From: Camelus dromedarius
Lineage: Eukaryota
NCBI RefSeq assembly: GCF_036321535.1
Contig: NC_087436.1
Span: 79,114,001-79,178,000 of the forward strand
Length of the DNA: 64,000 bases
Direction: 5' to 3'
Within the stretch, counting starts at the first letter, position 1; each line of letters opens with the position of its first letter. Both the position numbers and the translations under genes were made by a program. Shown here in pieces: positions 15,443 through 28,614 of the stretch. The notes under the pieces were generated by a model that worked only from the letters and a program-made list of their open reading frames with translations, did not search any database and was not told where the DNA came from.

Positions 15443-16321
15443 AGCAGTGATCTTATTTATTTTATTTTTGTTACTGAAAAGGCAATACATAAAATGATAC
15501 TGCTTCCTGTTGTGAAGAACTATTACTGGTTTCTTCTATTTCCTTCAATATAAAAGTGTGTTGTATCCTCTTTTTTTTAATATACAAATGATAGCATGAT
15601 ATACACACTTTTGCAGCTTGCTTTTTTTATGTGGCTATATATCATGGTGGTCTCTATGTCAGTACATATATAGCTCATTTTCGATTTTCTATTGTTTGGC
15701 TTTATTATAATTAGTCAATTATAAACAATGCTGTAGTAATTATATATGAATTACATGAATATATGTATAGGTTAAATTCTTTAAGGGTACATACACTTAA
15801 AATTTTGATAGAAATTGTATATTGGCCTTTAATGTTACACTGTAAACAACAATGTCTGTGTGTACCTGATTATTCACATACATTACCAAATTTTTTTATC
15901 CTTGCTTATCTGGTAAAAGAAAGATAGTATTTCACTCTGGTTTTAACTTGCATTTCATTTATCATGAATGCTCCTGAGTGTCTTTCCATATATGTAAAAA
16001 AAAATTATTGTTGGAAACCCATTTTTTTTGAGTGACTTATCTGTTTATGTTCATTCGCCATTTTCTTTTGTTTGTTTTTATGTTTTTCTGGTGACTTATA
16101 AAAGCTCTTCATGTATATAAGAAATTAACCATTTCCCCCCCAATTTGTCATCTCTTTTTTGGCTTTGTTTATAAAATTTTTGCCATGCAGAAACTTTAAA
16201 TTTTTATATAGTTTATTTTAATCTTTTCTTTTATGAAGCGTCTAGATTTTGTTGATGTGCTTATTAGAAAGATCTTCTCTATTTTGAAATGACATATTTT
16301 AAATTCCCTCACGTTTTTGTC

Positions 16322-17880
16322 CAGTATTTTTAAGTTCTCAAATCCTCTGGTTTCAGAACCCCTTTAGATTCTGAAAAATTGAGAACCCTAGAGAGCTTTT
16401 GTTTAGGAAGGGTATATTTATTGTTTACTAGTTGGAAGGTGAAGTGAGAAATTCTAAAATTTTATTAATTCATTTAAAAATAGCAATAATCTATTACATG
16501 TAAACATAAATGACATATTTTTATAAGATAACTATATTTTCCAAAGCAAAAAACATTAGAGAATTGGAATTGTTTTACTTTTGACTTTACAAATCTTTTT
16601 GTTGTCCAGTTTAATAGACAAAAACTGAATTCTTAAAGGCACTTCTATGCTCAGCCTGTTTTGATATGTTGTTTTAGTGGAAGCATATGAAGAAAATCCA
16701 GCCTAATGAGGATATGTAGTTGGAAAAAGGAGGCATATTATTGTTTTTTTCAGATAATTGTTGATAACTTTTTTTGATACCACACTTGACAAGCGGTGTA
16801 GTTTCTTATAGGTTCATTGGAATGTGGCATCTAAAACCATATCAAGGAGCATTTTGCATCCTGTAATATTCAAATTTTGGTCTGTCTTGCACTTCAAATG
16901 AATCTTTTACCCATGTAAGATTTTGTGCCATCATGTATTGTTTGGAAAATACTGGCTCACTGAGTTACGCAGAGCTTCCAAATATTGATACATTTTATTA
17001 TACAATTATAATTGTATAATTATATAATTATAATTATAATTATAAAAATTATATTTAAATGTGTTACCACTGATTTCATCAGGGAAAAAACCCTCTTAGG
17101 TGTTGGAAAGTTGTCAAGCTTATAGCAGCAGATACAAGTTTTCTTTTTTGTTTTTTAACATTTTTTATTGATTTATAATAATTTTACAATGTTGTGTCAA
17201 ATTCCAATGTAAAGCACAATTTTTCAGTTATACATGAACATATATATATTCATTGTCACATTTTTTTTTCTCTGTGAGATACCATAAGATCTTGTATATA
17301 TTTCCCTGTGCTGTACAGTATAATCTTGTTTATCTGTCCTACATTTTGAAATCCCAGTCTATCCCTTCCCACCTGGCAGATACAAGTTTTCAAAAATTCT
17401 AACATTTTTCTTGAAAACTCAAATTGTATCAGGTCCAGCAGATGCTGTTGGTTGGTAGTAATAGGCTCACTTTGTTCATTTTTAAGAAAATTTCTGCCAA
17501 ATACCCAAGTCTATAAAACCATAATTTATCAGCTGTTATTTTAAGTGAATGTGTGCTATATTTCCTTGGAATAACCATTGGGCTTTGATTTACAACAGAA
17601 GTACTGGTACATATCGCATTTTGTGACACAAAGTATTAAAAAGACATATTCTCAACTGTCAAGATATAATAAAAATGATTTTTTACTGCTTCAAGGACAT
17701 TCTGAAATGAAACTTTTTGTTTTTTGGCTGTTGAGTGTGTGGCACAGTACAGTTTGGTGCCAGTGCCTTGATCTGTGCTGTGGTGCCAGTAGTTTTAGCC
17801 ACCACTGCTTTTGCACCAGCAGTACAAATGTCAACTCAGTGAAGAAGGTAAAGGAGGTCTTTGTTATTATTATTACAAAA
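16322..17880 (-). mobile_element. hAT-Charlie DNA transposon fossil (Charlie1a-like)
   Basis: Terminal ttctcaaa...agaacccctttag...agagcttttgttta; minus-strand remnant KLWFYRLGYLAEIFLKMNKVSL resembles the hAT transposase LAYLADIF motif. Confidence 0.8.
17144..17375 (-). mobile_element. Short young LINE-1 3' fragment with perfect 16-bp TSD, nested in a Charlie element
   Basis: TSD GCAGATACAAGTTTTC at 17128-17143 and 17376-17391; body nearly identical to 60140-60350. Confidence 0.9.
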
Positions 17881-17970
17881 GAACGCATCTTCATTGTAGA
17901 AATACAAATAAGCAAGAAGAGGAGAATAACAATTAGCTATAATTCATATCTCTTACAACATTTTGTCATA

Positions 17971-18277
17971 CATTTGGCCCTCCATTTCCAGGGGTTCTGC
18001 ATCTGTAGATTCAACCAACCACGGATTTAAAATATTTGGGAAGAAAAATTCCAGAAGTCCCAAAAGCAAAACTTGAATTTTCCGACATCAGTAACTATTT
18101 ACATAGCATTTACTTTGTATTATACGTAATCTAGAGATAATTTAAAAGTGTAGGGGAGGATATGTGAAGGTAATGCAAATACAACACTGTTTTACATAAG
18201 TAACTTGAACATCTGCAGATTTTGGTATTTATGGGGGTCTTGGAACCAATTCCCATTGGATACTGAGAGAATGACTG
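17971..18277. mobile_element. TcMar-Tigger MITE (Tigger4/MER46-like)
   Basis: TA|catttggccctcc...ggatactgagagaatgactg degenerate TIRs; internal aactatttacatagcatttac...atctagagataatttaaa. Confidence 0.75.
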
Positions 18278-18305
18278 TGTACCATAGTCTTCACAAATGA
18301 ATATA

Positions 18306-18943
18306 TACTTGAGCCTCATTATTCATGGATTCCATATTTGTGAATTTGCCTACTTTCTATAATTTGTCACCCCCAAATCAGTACTCGATGTACTTTTACA
18401 GTCATTTGCAGACATGTGTGGAGCAGCAAAATATTTGAGTCCCCCTGTGTATGTTTCCAGTTGGGATTGAACAAGGCAGTGTTCTGCCTTCTTGTTTTAG
18501 CTCACATGCTGTAAACAAGTGCCCTTTTTGTTGTCTTTTTAATATGATGCTTTTCACATTTCCATGCATTTTGTTGATGATTTTGCTGTTTAAAATGACC
18601 CTTAAGTATAGTGCTGAAGTGCTGTCTTGTGTTCTTAAGGGTGGGAAGTCTGTGATGTGCCTTATAGAGAAGATAACGTGTCAGATAAACTTCATTCATG
18701 TGTAAGTTATAGTGTAGCCCATGAGTTCAATGTTAATGAATCAAAAACACACGTTAAATAAGGTGCCTTTAAACGGAAATACACATAAGGTTACATATTG
18801 ATCAGCTGATAAAAATGTTGTGACCAGAGGCTCATAGGAACCCAACCCTGTATTCTCCCTGGGAGCAGCAGTTGAGGGTTCACTAATGCAGTGTCAGCAG
18901 TAGCTTAATAGAACATACCACCACAAATAATGAGAATCAACTG
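18306..18943. mobile_element. TcMar-Tigger element (MER82-like)
   Basis: TIR-like ends ttgagcctcattattc and aataatgagaatcaactg|TA; internal tagtgctgaagtgctgtct...gagttcaatgttaatgaatcaa. Confidence 0.75.
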
Positions 18944-19002
18944 TATATTTTAGTAGGCAAAAATGGGGTCGTAGGAAAGATTATCTTTCATTGGGAAAAT
19001 AG

Positions 19003-19224
<222 letters not shown>

Positions 19225-20699
19225 TGATAAGTATGTGGTAGTAAATATTAGGTACACACTAGTGGAAAGTATGTTAAATTAGAAGGATCTTAATATCTTT
19301 CTGTAATATTTTTATATAATACTTGATAAGAAAAAGGAATATTATATTGACAAGATGAATATTATACACAGATATGACTTTGAAGTATAAAAATAGCCCT
19401 GTTGGAAAGTATTTTGTGGAATAAAGCATACTTTGTAAACTGTAAGGGCAGAAGAATAACAGTCTAGGTGTACAGTGCCTGATTTTTTAGAAACACAAAC
19501 CATTTGATAAGCACTGTAATCAATCTTAAACATCAGTTTGTGACAGAGCATAATTTTCCAGTCCTATTTTAGGTACAACAAAATTTGGCACAGTAGCTTT
19601 CCCAAGGTTATTCAGGGGAATGTGTTTCCAATAAGAATAGAAATTGGTATTGTGTTCCCTAGTTAAGGGATGTGTTTGCTTAAATCAGACTGCCTTTGCT
19701 GGGGAAGAAGTTTTTAACAGATGCTTATTCATAACATCAAATATCCTGTATATGTTTATTTACAGAGATTTTAAAGTAGCTTATAACAATAGTACACATG
19801 ATAATAAAAATACAGATATAGGACCGTCAGGACCATCAGAAACATGGAAAAGGTTGAGATTAACATGCAGCTCTGTTAGACTCATTGCCTTGGACTCACT
19901 GTCATCCTATGTTGAAGAGAATCTAGCTGTAAAGAATTATTTATTTAAAAAGAAGAATTATTTATGTAAGATTTGATGGAAAGATATACACCTCTCCAGT
20001 CTTACTGAGTGGAGTTAAACCAGATCATTGCAGGAATTATATTGGCCTCCTATTAAATTGCTTTCATTTAATTGTACTTTAAGAAGCAAGCCAATTGATT
20101 ACTAATGCTCATTAATTAAATATATTCCTAATGCAGCTACTCAGAAAAGTTCTTTTTCAGTTTTAGGATTAGTTGTGATTCTCCTTGAGCAATTGGTTTT
20201 TATCTTATTTGAAAACCATGAGTTGATAAACTTACTGGTTTTCTTAAACTGGTGGGCTGCAAGAAACCTTAAAAAATTAAACTTGTAGCCCACCTGTAAA
20301 TAGCATGTTTGTGTGTTGGTTGTTGCTATTTTTGTTTTTGTTTTTTACTTTTAAATTTTTGTCTTCTGTGTATTCTGAGCAACTTTAAATTCTTTTTGCA
20401 AGAAGATGCCTGACAAACAAGTTAAAAGCTAGTTAAGTAAAAAGAAGTTTCCAAGATTGATATAGCTTAGTTTCAGATTTGACATTGAGGTTTCTGGCCA
20501 TGACAAAAATAAAAGAAGATATAATCAGATAGATAATTCTTTTCTAAAATGAGAGCGACTCACTAGGATCTCTGAGAATGCAAATGATTTTCAGATTTCT
20601 CACACAGGGCTATACATATATGACAGATGTTTTGTCTCCTTCCTCTCGAATTTTAGACGTTACTGCTTTTCTTATTTATCTTTCTTGGACATTTTTGTT

Positions 20700-21515
20700 T
20701 ATTGTCATTACAACTCCCAGTTGGGTTATTTGTCATTTTATTATTGAATTGTAAGAATTCTTTGTATATTCTAGATCTTATCATTATCAGGTAAGTGATT
20801 TGCAAATATTTTCTCCCATTCTGTGTGTTATTTCTTCACTTTTTTGATGGTATCTTTTGAAACACAAAAGTTACTAATTTTGATGAAGTCCAATTTATGT
20901 TTTTTCTTTTGTTGCTTGTGCTTTCAGTGTTGTATCTAAGAAACCATTGCCTAATCCAAGGTCATGAAAATTTGCTTTGTTTTCTCCTATAGATTTTATA
21001 GTTGTAGCTCTTACATTTAGGTCTTTGATTCATTTTCAGTTAATTTTTGTATATGATGTAAAGTAGGGGTCCACCTGTATTCTTTGGCATGTGAATATCC
21101 AGTTGTCCCAGCACCGTTTGTTGGAAAGACTCTTATTTCCCCACTGAATTGCCTTGGCATCCTTGTTGACTATCAGTTGACTGTAAATGTGAGAGTTTAT
21201 TTCTGGACTCTAAATTCTATTTCATTATTTTGTATGCCTGTCCTCATGCCAGTACCACTGTCTTCATTGCTGTATCTTTGTAGTAAGTTTTGAAATCAAG
21301 AAATCTGAGTCTTCTAACTTTGTTCTTTTTCAAAATTGTTCTCACTCTGCTGAGTCCTTTGAATTTCTGTATAAATGTCATACAGCTTGTCAGTTTCTGG
21401 AAAGAAGCCAGCTGGGATTTTGATAGGGGTTGCACTGAATCTGTAGATCAGTTTGGGGAATATTATCATCTTAACAATATTAAGTCTTCCATGTTTTTCT
21501 ATTTATTTAGGTCTT
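20700..21515 (-). mobile_element. LINE-1 ORF2 fragment
   Basis: ORF 21244-21435 (-) [27 protein letters not shown] resembles L1 ORF2 LPDFKLYYKATVIKT; similar to 61100-61830. Confidence 0.85.
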
Positions 21516-21520
21516 TATAT

Positions 21521-21730
21521 TAGAAAGTTGCTAAGAGAGTAGATCTTAAAAGTTTTCATCATAAGAAAAAAATTGTAACTATGTGAGGTGATGGATGTTA
21601 ATTAACTAAACTTATTGTGGTAGTCATTTCACAGTTTGTACGTGAATCGGCTCATTATGTTGTACACCTTAAATGAATGCAATGTTATATGTCAATTATA
21701 TCTCAATAAAACTAGAAAGAAAAAAAAAAG
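21521..21730 (+). mobile_element. LINE-1 extreme 3' end (L1MA-like) with poly(A)
   Basis: gaaagttgctaagagagtagatcttaaaag...gtcaattatatctcaataaa plus A-tail; near-identical layout to 50478-50682. Confidence 0.8.
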
Positions 21731-22313
21731 AATTGGGTGAGCTCAGCAGTCTGATATCTTCAGGGTCGGGCCTTAGGTTCAGAACTTTGTCAGGGCCTAT
21801 AGTATCTCACTTATGGGGGGATGTTACACCTGATCTCTCATGAAGGGATCCTGCCTTCCAGACATTTCTCACGTTTGCCTCAGGGTAAGATCCATGTGAA
21901 GTGCCTAAAAGAACAGAGATACTTCCATTGAGCTGTATGTATTGACTTTTCAAGCTTGCAGAACAGGTCACATGATTGTTTTGCTGCTACTTGCTGATGA
22001 AAGTTTGTGCTTATAGCAAGAAAAGTTAATGAAGCTGATAGTCCAGGGAAGCAAACCCAAATCCAAAGGATTAAATCCATTTAGCTAGTTAGTTACTACT
22101 CGCCAGTCATTTTCTAAATGTGTTGTTTGTATTTAATTGTATGTTATTCAAAATGTGTCAAATAACGCATTTTGGTTACTTTTAAAATTTTGATAGGAGG
22201 AATGAGGACAATGATTATGAGTTATTACCTGCCTGGATATTTAATTTTAAAAGATGCATCTTTTAAGAGTGTTAAAGTAGTTTCAAAATTAAGACTCTCT
22301 TATATTTATTTAA

Positions 22314-22472
<159 letters not shown>

Positions 22473-22624
22473 TAAACTATTGACATAAAGACAAAGTAAA
22501 AATTGTACGTATGTAAAGCTTAGTGATGGGTAGCTAAACCACGTTTCAGTTCTCTTATCACATGTTAGAATGACTGTTAGATATGATAAAGTGTCTGAGA
22601 ATTTATTGTTGTGTTTTTTTTTAA

Positions 22625-22753
<129 letters not shown>

Positions 22754-22779
22754 TAGCAGCTCATTAAATGAGTGGAGGC

Positions 22780-24995
22780 AGACAGATAAGGAGATCTCGC
22801 AACTTTCTCATTGTCCAATACCTCAGCCCCTATGCCCACCTCATTTATGCCCTGGGTCTTGCTATGCCAGAACCATTCCACCTGTACAATTTCAATCTGC
22901 AGTATCCCACCCTGACACGGCCTTTTCCCTGTCTTTCTAGTGGTCTTTCTCAGTTACTGCTTCTTCACCTCTCCCTTGACAGCATTAGAGCCTCCGGTTT
23001 GTTGTTTTTCAGTTTCTTCCAGTCAGCCCAGCTGTTTTTCGTCTTTTCTATTCTTCCTGTCCAGCTTGGATTTCATCATTCATCACTGCAATTACTCTTT
23101 TATGCCCCAGAACACTTGTCTGTGAACTTTTTGTCCCTGCAGTCCAGCAAAACTTCGCCTTGAATTGAACCCATTCTCCATCTTTCCATGCCCTTACTTG
23201 AGTAGTTAACAGATGTTGCTGGAGAAGAGTCAGAGCACCAAACAGACTGATTCCATTGCAAATTCAAGGTCCTTGGTTTTCAACACTGCCTGGGATTCTT
23301 ACACATTTCCTCCTCGACCCTTTTCCTCTACTCTGTGATGACTATTTAGAGTCATTTTCCTAAATGTCTGACTTTCCTCCTTCAGCAGAAAATCTTGTTT
23401 CCTATTTATCACAGGAAAAAAAAAACTGTCAGTATGAAATTATCTTAACTTCTTTGTCAGATTGATAAACCACTAAATGTTAAACATAGATCTCATTCTG
23501 TCTTTTCTTCCTGTTGTACTAGAGACGACTTCTCTCTCTCCAGTTCTTCCACTTGTACTTGGAATCCCTCCTCTGACCTCTGCCACCCTTACCCCCCCAA
23601 AAATCCTTTTTAGGAACCCGAGCTTAGTAATTATTTTCTGTTTTCATCCTTTTTTCTCTATTAGCTTCTTTCTATCAATGTTTAAACATTCTTGGATCTC
23701 TTCCATTTTAGCAAAAATCCTTTGATCTTTCAGAATTCATCTTGACTTTTCAACATACCGAATAGGGTTGATGATTCACTCCTTTTTGATGCCCCCCACA
23801 TCTTAACTTCTTTCATCTCCTCCACCCTGTCCTCCCGCTTTCCCTCCTGTTTCTTTAGGTATTGTTTCCAGTCATCTTTATAGATTCTGTAGTGCTTTAA
23901 ATTTAAATATTAGGGTTGCTGAAGGCTTACTCCTCAGCTTTGGTCTCCCCACTCTACTCTACTGAGTTTCCCTAGGGAATCTCATCTGTTCCCATTGACT
24001 CAGTTACCATCTTGATGCAGGCAATGCTTAGATTTTAGTGTAAATCTCTCTTCTGAGTCCCAGACTCAGTGGCTCTAATTGACTAATAAGTGTTTCCCAC
24101 CTGATTGCTTTGTGGGCATCTCAGAATGAACGTGTCCAAAACTGAATTCATTATCTCCCGTCCCTGTCTGCCTCCCACAGCAACCAACCAACCATCAAAA
24201 ACTACACTGTCCACTTTCTCCAGCATTTCTGATCCTTCATGCCTTCTCTTTGCTGCCCAGAATCCTTTTCAATTTTGCCTCCTAGGTTTGTCTGGAGTCC
24301 ACGTGCTTTTCTTCATTTCTACTGTCACCGACATATTCTGAACCCTTGTAACCCCTTCTGGCCTTGAGAAACAGCCTTTTAACTATCCTCACATCTACGA
24401 TTTCTCCTTTATAATTCAGTTGCCCTAGTATAGCCAGAGTGATTGTGATCTTTTAAAAATACAAACAAAGAAAAAAGAAAAAACCAAATTATTAAATGTT
24501 ACTCTCTTCTCTGACACTCTAAAGAATGGCTTTCCCTTTGCTTGCAGAGTAAAATGCTACAAAGTCTCCAGAAAGTCCTGCATGATCCTTTATAGCTTTC
24601 TGTTTCCAATCCAGCTCACAGGTCTTTTGAGTTTTTTCCAGCATTGTAAATTCCTTCCCACTCCAAACATTCTGAAATAACCACCCCTCTCCACAGCCAG
24701 CCTCTCCAGCCGTCTTCTATTTGTCCCCAGGTCTTAGTTTGAACAGTGTTCACAGTAATAATTTTCCTGACTCCTCAGGTTAGTCATGGCTTAAAGTTAC
24801 ATGTTCTTATCACCCTGAATTTTTTCCTAGCATTAAGTGTAATTATTTCCATTTCTGTATCTATTTGTCTAAATATCTGTTTCCAAGCTCAGCTTCCTAG
24901 TGGTAGATACCATGTCTCATGTTCTCCATGGTATATCCAACATCTCTTCCAGTGCCCTGCACATTTTAAGTGGGAAATAAGTATTGAATAAACAC
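22780..24995 (+). mobile_element. LINE-2 fragments (degraded)
   Basis: Pyrimidine-rich; ctctcttctgagtcccagactc, gtgtccaaaactgaattcattatc, ending agtattgaataaa. Confidence 0.6.
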
Positions 24996-25313
24996 AAACA
25001 TTATGTGATGAATAGTATAGCAAAGGGGTCACCAAGTGAAAGGACAATTTAAATTAATGTATTGTATCTTGATAGAATATGGAATATTTTCCTTTCTAAT
25101 TTTCTTAGATTTAAAAATTATAATGATAAATATGCTTATAATAATAAGTAAAACATTATAAGGATGAATAAAGGAAGAGTTTGTAATATCTTTTCACTTC
25201 TGTCTCCATTTGGCTAATCCTAGCTCCCTGGCATAACTAATGTCAGTGTCAAGTCTTGTGTGCTTTTCTCCATGCTTATATATAGAAAAATAAAGACATA
25301 TAGAGATCTTTTT

Positions 25314-25486
25314 CTTGATTAATTTTTTTATTTTTTGAAGAGTGATTTATTTATTTAGGTTTTTTGGGGGGAGTAATCTGGTTTATTTATTCCTTTATTA
25401 TTAGAGGAGGGACTGGGGTTTGAACCCAAGACCTCGAGCATGCTAATAAGCACACACTTTACCACTTGAGCTACATCCTCCCTCCT
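25314..25486 (-). mobile_element. tRNA-derived SINE (same family)
   Basis: Same body; TSD acat(a/g)tagagatcttttt at 25296-25313 and 25491-25508. Confidence 0.85.
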
Positions 25487-27583
25487 AAAAACATGTAGAG
25501 ATCTTTTTAAGTGGCATTATACTTTAAAGTACATACTGGTCTACAAGGTGTTTTTTAAAAGTTAATATACCATGAACATATTTTCAAGTCAGTAGATGTA
25601 AATCTGTTTTTTAATAGCTGCATAGTATTTCCTGGAGTTCAGCTATTCACCTGTTGGTGGACATTCAGGTGGTTTCCTGTGCTTATCTTTATATACTGGG
25701 ACACTTAGTTCTATAGAAAAGTTTCATCCTTTGTTGCATCAGAGGATATATGTATTTTGATTCTTAATAGCTACCACCAGTTTGCTTTCCAGACACATGT
25801 AGCCATTTACACTTCCACCAGAATGAGAGAAAGAGTCTTCAACAGCTGGATTTTATTCCTTTTTTTTATCTTTTACCAATTGATGGAGGGAAAATACTGC
25901 ATTATTGTTTTACTGTACATTTCCCTGACACTAGTGAAGTTTGATCTTTCCATGTTTTGGCCACTAGCGTTTCCTCTTCTGTGAATTGATGTTACTTTTT
26001 CTTGCCTATTTCCTTCCTTTCCCCTCTACACCTATTCTTCTGACCTCCCAGTGTCAGTTTGCTGGAGCTTTTGGTTTAATGATAATTTCAGCTCTTTGCT
26101 GTCTGTGTGACACATATTTTTCCCATTCCCATTTCCCACCCCAGTTACTTGTGTTTCTGTAAGACAATGCATACCATAAATATATTTAAAGGCTTTTTTT
26201 TTTATAGTCAAATATGTCCATTTAAAATTTTATGGCTTTTGAGTTTCCTGTATTGATAAAGAAAGTCTTCTTCACCTTGGGGTAAAATTAATATTTTCCT
26301 AAAATTTATTCTGTCATTTATTGTTTTATATTTAGAAATTTAATTTGTCAACAGTATTTGTGTGTATAACTTTAGGCGTAGTCTAGTTTTTTTTAAAAGG
26401 TGGATTGCCAATTATGTAAATATCATTTATTAAATAAAACATTCTTTCTAATCTTTGGCATATATCAGATACCATTATGTTTGAATCTATTTCTGTACTC
26501 CAGTTTCATTAATCTGTAACAATATTAGGTAATAAATCTATAGTAAATTTTACTGTTGGGAAAGCTACTCTTGTTCCTCCACTACAATTTTTTTTTAAAT
26601 TGAGTTGGAATTCACATAGCATGAAATTAATCATTTTAAAGTGAAAAATTTAATGTCATTTAGTATGTTTACAATGTTATGCAGCCACCACCTCTACCTA
26701 GTTCTAAAACATTTTCATCTTCCCAAAAGGAAATCCCATGCCCCTTGTGCAGTTACTCCTCATTCCTCCCTCTCCCCAGCCTCTGGAAACCACCAATTTC
26801 TATTTTGTCTCTGTGGATTTACCCATTCTGGATATTTCATATAAATGGAATCATACAATAAGTGACTTTTTGGCTTCCTTTACTTAACATACTGTTTTTC
26901 CAGTTTCATTCATGTTATAGCATGTAATCAGTACTTCATTCCTTTTCATGGCTGAATAAGATTCCATTTTATAGATACATCATAATCCTGCCCGTATTTT
27001 TAGTTCTCAGGATTATTTTGGATACTCTTAAGCATCAGTTCTTCCATATTAACTTTAGTATTCTTGTTCAGAAAGCAAAACAGAAAAGGGGGATTGTCTT
27101 TGAAATTTCTTTAAATTTGTATATTAATAGGAAAAGACTGATATTTTTATAATACTGCATCTTTCCACCTGGGAATGTGGTTTGTGTCTACTCAAATAAT
27201 TTTATGTCTTTTATTAAGATTTTATATTTTTTTTCTTCATTAATTCTGTGCCCATATTTGTAAATTTGGGTGCTGTTTTGAATGGGATTACCCCCCACCC
27301 CCACCCCCAGTTTTTTATTTTTAACTATACATTGCTGGTACAGAGAAAAACCTGCTGGATTCATTATGAATTTTTTTTTTGTTTTGGGTTTAAATATTAA
27401 AATATCCTTCAGAATCAAGTAGAGACAGCCTTGAATATATAAATTTACTTTCCTCAGCAGGTGGCAGTGTCTTATGATTTGGTGAACACTGGTGATAAGT
27501 CAGTAGGCTTCAGTGAAGTAGCTTTATTGTTGTGATTGTGGTTGAGGTTATTTGGTTGATAATAAGTCTCTGTATGTGTATTT

Positions 27584-27628
27584 TTTTGTTTTGTTTTGTT
27601 TTGTTTTGTTTTGTTTTGTTTTGTTTTG
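27584..27628. repeat. (TTTTG)9 microsatellite
   Basis: Read directly; ~180 nt upstream of COPS4 exon 10. Confidence 0.95.
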
Positions 27629-27808
27629 TACTTTGTGCCAGTGATTTGGGTACTCTTCTTAACTATCGCTTGATTAGCTTAATTTTATTAGCCAAGATTT
27701 TTGGAGTAAACTTTTAAAAATCAGTGCTTCTGTATTTATCTTTTAACTCACATTCTCAATGGTATAAAGGAATAATTTCAACTTTGTACATTATTCCTTT
27801 TTCTTTAG

Positions 27809-27942
27809 CACGAGAAGCCCTGCCAACATGGGACAAACAGATCCAGTCGCTTTGTTTCCAAGTGAATAACCTTTTGGAGAAAATTAGTCAGACAGCACCA
27901 GAATGGACAGCACAAGCCATGGAAGCCCAGATGGCTCAGTGA
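27809..27942 (+). CDS. COPS4: COPS4 last coding exon 10 (to stop TGA)
   Basis: ctttag|CA CGA GAA...GCT CAG TGA; encodes (T)[43 protein letters not shown]. Confidence 0.96.
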
Positions 27943-28276
27943 GGCCTTGCAGACCTTCTGTGCGCACTACATCTTTTTCCGTGTTGTACAGATTAATTTC
28001 ACTATTTCTCCAAAGCATTTGCATCATGACCTTACATATTTCAATCCCTTTTATGCTGGATTCTATTTAAAGAAAACATTATTAGAGCAGGAAGTGAAAA
28101 TATGTAGTTCCCATATATTCAGGGTCTCTGTGTATCAACGCTAACTCAGATGTTTTGAAAGCTTTTTCTTTAAACAGAATAAGTGAAATATCTGTGGCTA
28201 AAAAGTTTGGGATTTGTGATAACTTTGTAGTCATGTAAACTTAAGTGCTTTGTGCCTCTCCAGATGTGGTTATTCT

Positions 28277-28303
28277 AATAAATGGAGAAGTGAGCCAAAT
28301 AAA
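28277..28303 (+). terminator. COPS4: COPS4 polyadenylation signals (two AATAAA)
   Basis: AATAAA at 28277-28282 and 28298-28303, followed by GT/T-rich downstream sequence (ctttgttttt...gtgttttgttcctttttc). Confidence 0.75.
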
Positions 28304-28614
28304 AGTAGTACTTTGTTTTTAATTAGTGAACAGTGTTTTGTTCCTTTTTCCTTTCAATTCAGTAGACGATTGTTTATACTATATGCAAGAAATGCGAAGA
28401 TAAGCCGCCGTAATGCCTGTTCTCCAGGCGTTCACAGACTCACAGAGCCAGTAGACAACATGTGTAATACTTGTAGCTGTACAAGTACTAGAGCACACAG
28501 GGAGGAGCTTTTCATTTGGCAGAGAGAGGTCAGGGAGGGCTCCTCTGAGAGGATTATTTCAGCTTAACTTTATAGAGAAAATGAGGGAAGACTTTAAAAA
28601 AAAAAAAGAGTTTG

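Noticed and set aside
17429..17915. Domesticated hAT transposase gene
   Set aside because: Only short, frame-broken remnants, interrupted by an L1 insertion.
20700..21730. Twin-primed (5'-inverted) single L1 insertion
   Set aside because: The minus-strand ORF2 piece and the plus-strand 3' tip are not contiguous in L1 coordinates and I found no shared TSD; more likely two insertions.
21850..21890. Micro-exon or recursive splice site (ttccag|...cctcagg|gtaaga) in COPS4 intron 7
   Set aside because: It would be a 23-nt frame-shifting exon, the AG-G-GT spacing does not fit a zero-length recursive site, and the intron is short; no supporting evidence.
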